Shown one piece after another: positions 61,388-64,000 of a DNA stretch of 64,000 nt (the stretch's first letter is position 1; each line of letters starts with the position of its first letter). Below the pieces are notes generated by a model that was not told the DNA's origin, did not search any database, and saw only the letters and a program-made list of their open reading frames with translations. The position numbers were made by a program, and so were the translations under genes. The DNA is taken from positions 186,001-250,000 of the forward strand of contig AP026145.1 in the NCBI GenBank assembly GCA_030295235.1, in the 5' to 3' direction. Source of the DNA: Fistulifera solaris (lineage: Eukaryota).

Positions 61388-64000
61388 TTAAAGGAGATAC
61401 TCAATCGCTCTGCGAATTGAATACGAGTTGTCACCAGCCGACAGAGTCACAGGCACCTCAAGTGCCGCCGAGAGCAATTCAGCATACCATGTGTTTCCCA
61501 CTAGAAGAGCTCGATTGGTAGCATAGTCGAATCGGTCGAAAAACTCAAGCGACAAAGCATGAAGCGATTTCACAAGCCACGTATGAGCACCGGCTCCTTT
61601 CTCACGGCTGTTGATTGTCATGACACGACGAAGTAGAATAAGTGTCACCAACAGCGCGCGACCCACAGCTTTAACGTCATCAATCATTCCTCCCTCTTTC
61701 CATTTCGAGTTAAGCTTAACTAGAAAATTTTGAGCCTCAAGAACTTCTTCAGCCGTGAGTTTGTTCATATCATCCAGCATGTCCTTTTCATAGGTCGCAA
61801 CTTTTTTCTCTTCAATCTTGAGCTGCCGACCGGATAGCCTTGAATAGCCTTTCCGAACTCGCACCGACTCGTACTTCTCGCCGTAATCCACCTTCAATTC
61901 TACCTCCGTCCCATCGTTCGGTATCACCAGACGTCCTTGGCCAAGATAGCTGTGGCCTAAATAATAGTGCATGGCGCCCTCTGGGTCTTCTTTGGCAAAT
62001 ACACTCGGAGTTTCGCTGCCGTCTGTCTCGTTTGTAAAAACCAGGATGTTACTTTCCGCCAGCTTACTCAGATTTCCGGTGTCGTCGTCGGTGATGTCAA
62101 ACACCAAGTCGTCTTTTCCGTTTGAGCCAAATGACCAAGCTTCCGCTTTCCAATTGTGAACAAATTCCTTCACAATGAGAACGTGGTTAGGCTTCAAGTC
62201 TTCGGTTCGCAAGGGTCCGTATACTCCCAAGTCGAGGAGTTCTCCCTCTTCGAAAACAAGAGAAGCTTCACGGCAAAGCGAATTGATAGCAGCGAGGGGT
62301 CTAGCTGTTACGAAAAGACCTAGACCTCCATTTGGTACTTTGGATGTTTTGGCCTTAAGTTGCAGATGGTGCCCCTTACGACCAAATCAATCACTCGCTG
62401 TTGTGGACAAGCATGAATCGTCGCAGGTAGAATGTAGTGGCGGTAAAATGGCTTTTCCTTGAGAAAACACGCACTTGGCCCTATATATTGCTTGGCCTCA
62501 TTTCGCGCTGTATAGGCAAGGTAGCCTGCCCATGCATCTGATTCTTCAACATTGCACATACGTGGATTGGGTGCTTCGTTTCGAACCCCAAAAGCAAACC
62601 ACTGTCCAATACTAAGGTCTAAGATCACGTTGAACGTAATCGGACCTTCCTCCGCACAAGTACAAGACTCTATTTTCCCATAAACAGCTTTCGTCCGACC
62701 GTCTCGACTTATCCATTCGCGATAGTATCCTTTGTTTACGAGAAAATGCGCGATCTTGTCCTTGTTACATTTGGCCGCGTCAGCGCCCTCGTTGCTTCAG
62801 AGAATGCCGAGTTGTTACCACGGCCGTGTCACTTAGCACTTTATCAGCAATTTGATTTTCTGATACAGAAAGATCGTTCACATTTGACTCTTCTAGTCCT
62901 TCTAAAGGCACAAATTCATCGTCTGGGACGGCGTTGCGCTTGTCTCCGTCATCAAAAATAATATCGACGAAGTCGCCTCGTTTAGCGACAACCGTCCCAT
63001 TGTACCATTGCTAAAAACGCAAACGTGAGAAACATAATAGGACCTTATGAAGAAGCAAAAGTTTAATACTCACGTCATTCTTAGGCCATCTTGCAAATAC
63101 CCGGGTTCCAATCGTTATTTCTTCTTCCGCTTTAATCTTTGTTGAATTTGCGCCATAAAGTTCTTCGAAGCGTGACTTAAGACTTTTGTTCGAATAAAGT
63201 GCTTGTCGAGCATATCCCTTGTAATTCGACATCGTCCTCTTCTTGTAGGCATAGGTCTTGCAAAGATTAAAGACGCATCGCTTCCCTGCCTTACAGTGGA
63301 CACAGCTTTTGCAGAAGAACGGTGAGCAGCAGGCAGAACAGCCACAACTGTTCTTCGAGTGGGAATGAGGCTTCTCGGATTGTTTTGAACGCATCACCTC
63401 ACTCTCGTCCAGAACGGTAATGAGACCTTGCTTTCCGTACATTCGTTCGAATTGTTCCTCCAAATGAGGTTTCCCCGATTTTGCTTTCACTGTTCGTGCA
63501 TTTTGGATATAGGTATTGATTGTGGACTCTTTGTACTTGTAGTTTAAGCAGGGGTAGAACACACACCCTCCACCCCGAACGCCACGGCATGCCGGACACT
63601 TCTGGCACACCTCCTTGACTTTACACGAAGCGCAATATCCACATCGACATCTGACTTTCTTGTCGTGCTGGATTGGCGGCTCTGCCTTATCCTTTACTGT
63701 GCCGGAGAATACGCCTCCCGGTCCGTAGAGTTGCTCGAACTGTCTTTCAAGCACTTTATTTCCTTTCATAATTGACTTTGCTTGTTGCTTGGCATTGGCG
63801 AGCGTTGTTGCCTTGTACTTGTAGGCCAAACAAAGAGCAAAAACGCATCGTCCCTTCCGAGAATCTCGGCAATTGCTACACTTATCACATTCTATCGGAT
63901 TTGTGCACGATGCACAAATTTTACAGTGACCGCCAAAACCCCGCCCTGTTCTCGGAGTTTCTCCAGATAAGGATGATTCACTAATTAGCTTCACCTGAGC
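61388..64000 (-). CDS. Paralog 3 (5' end outside the window): at least 3 CXXC-like repeats, Tudor, PR/SET-like domain; intron 63011-63073; frameshifts
   Basis: GTRVFARWPKND/QWYNGTVV...VDIIFDDGD; SKVPNGGLGLF; ELKVDYGEKYE; clear similarity to paralogs 1 and 2. Confidence 0.8.

Noticed and set aside
1..64000. tRNA, rRNA or autonomous transposase / reverse transcriptase genes
   Set aside because: No cloverleaf, rRNA-like sequence, or DDE/RT motifs were recognised; a computational scan was not possible.

Overview
Gene-dense eukaryotic nuclear DNA with short (about 60-100 nt) GT-AG introns, most likely from a pennate diatom (Fistulifera-like; inferred from gene families, not verified). There are about 30 protein-coding genes. 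Recognisable ones include PP4R3/SMEK, an E2 enzyme, an NRF-6-type acyltransferase, a CaMK-type kinase, DHHC, ABHD, a TrhO/TSTD2-RluA fusion, UBX, CPBP, an SDR, sterol C24-methyltransferase, a carrier protein, an AKR, a 2OG oxygenase and ubiquilin. Many genes are broken by single-base indels in homopolymers, which suggests long-read consensus errors rather than pseudogenes. The most striking features are: (1) three tandem paralogs (52.2-64 kb) combining a variable number of CXXC-like zinc-finger repeats, an optional Tudor domain and a divergent PR/SET-like domain; (2) two satellite arrays (233-bp and 213/426-bp) with higher-order structure; (3) a dispersed GACTG-N5-CAGTC element family; (4) an inverted pair of about 80-bp hairpin elements flanking the E2 gene; (5) a TACCWGGTA palindrome that appears as small insertions in intergenic DNA. 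All calls come from reading the sequence by eye; no searches were run.
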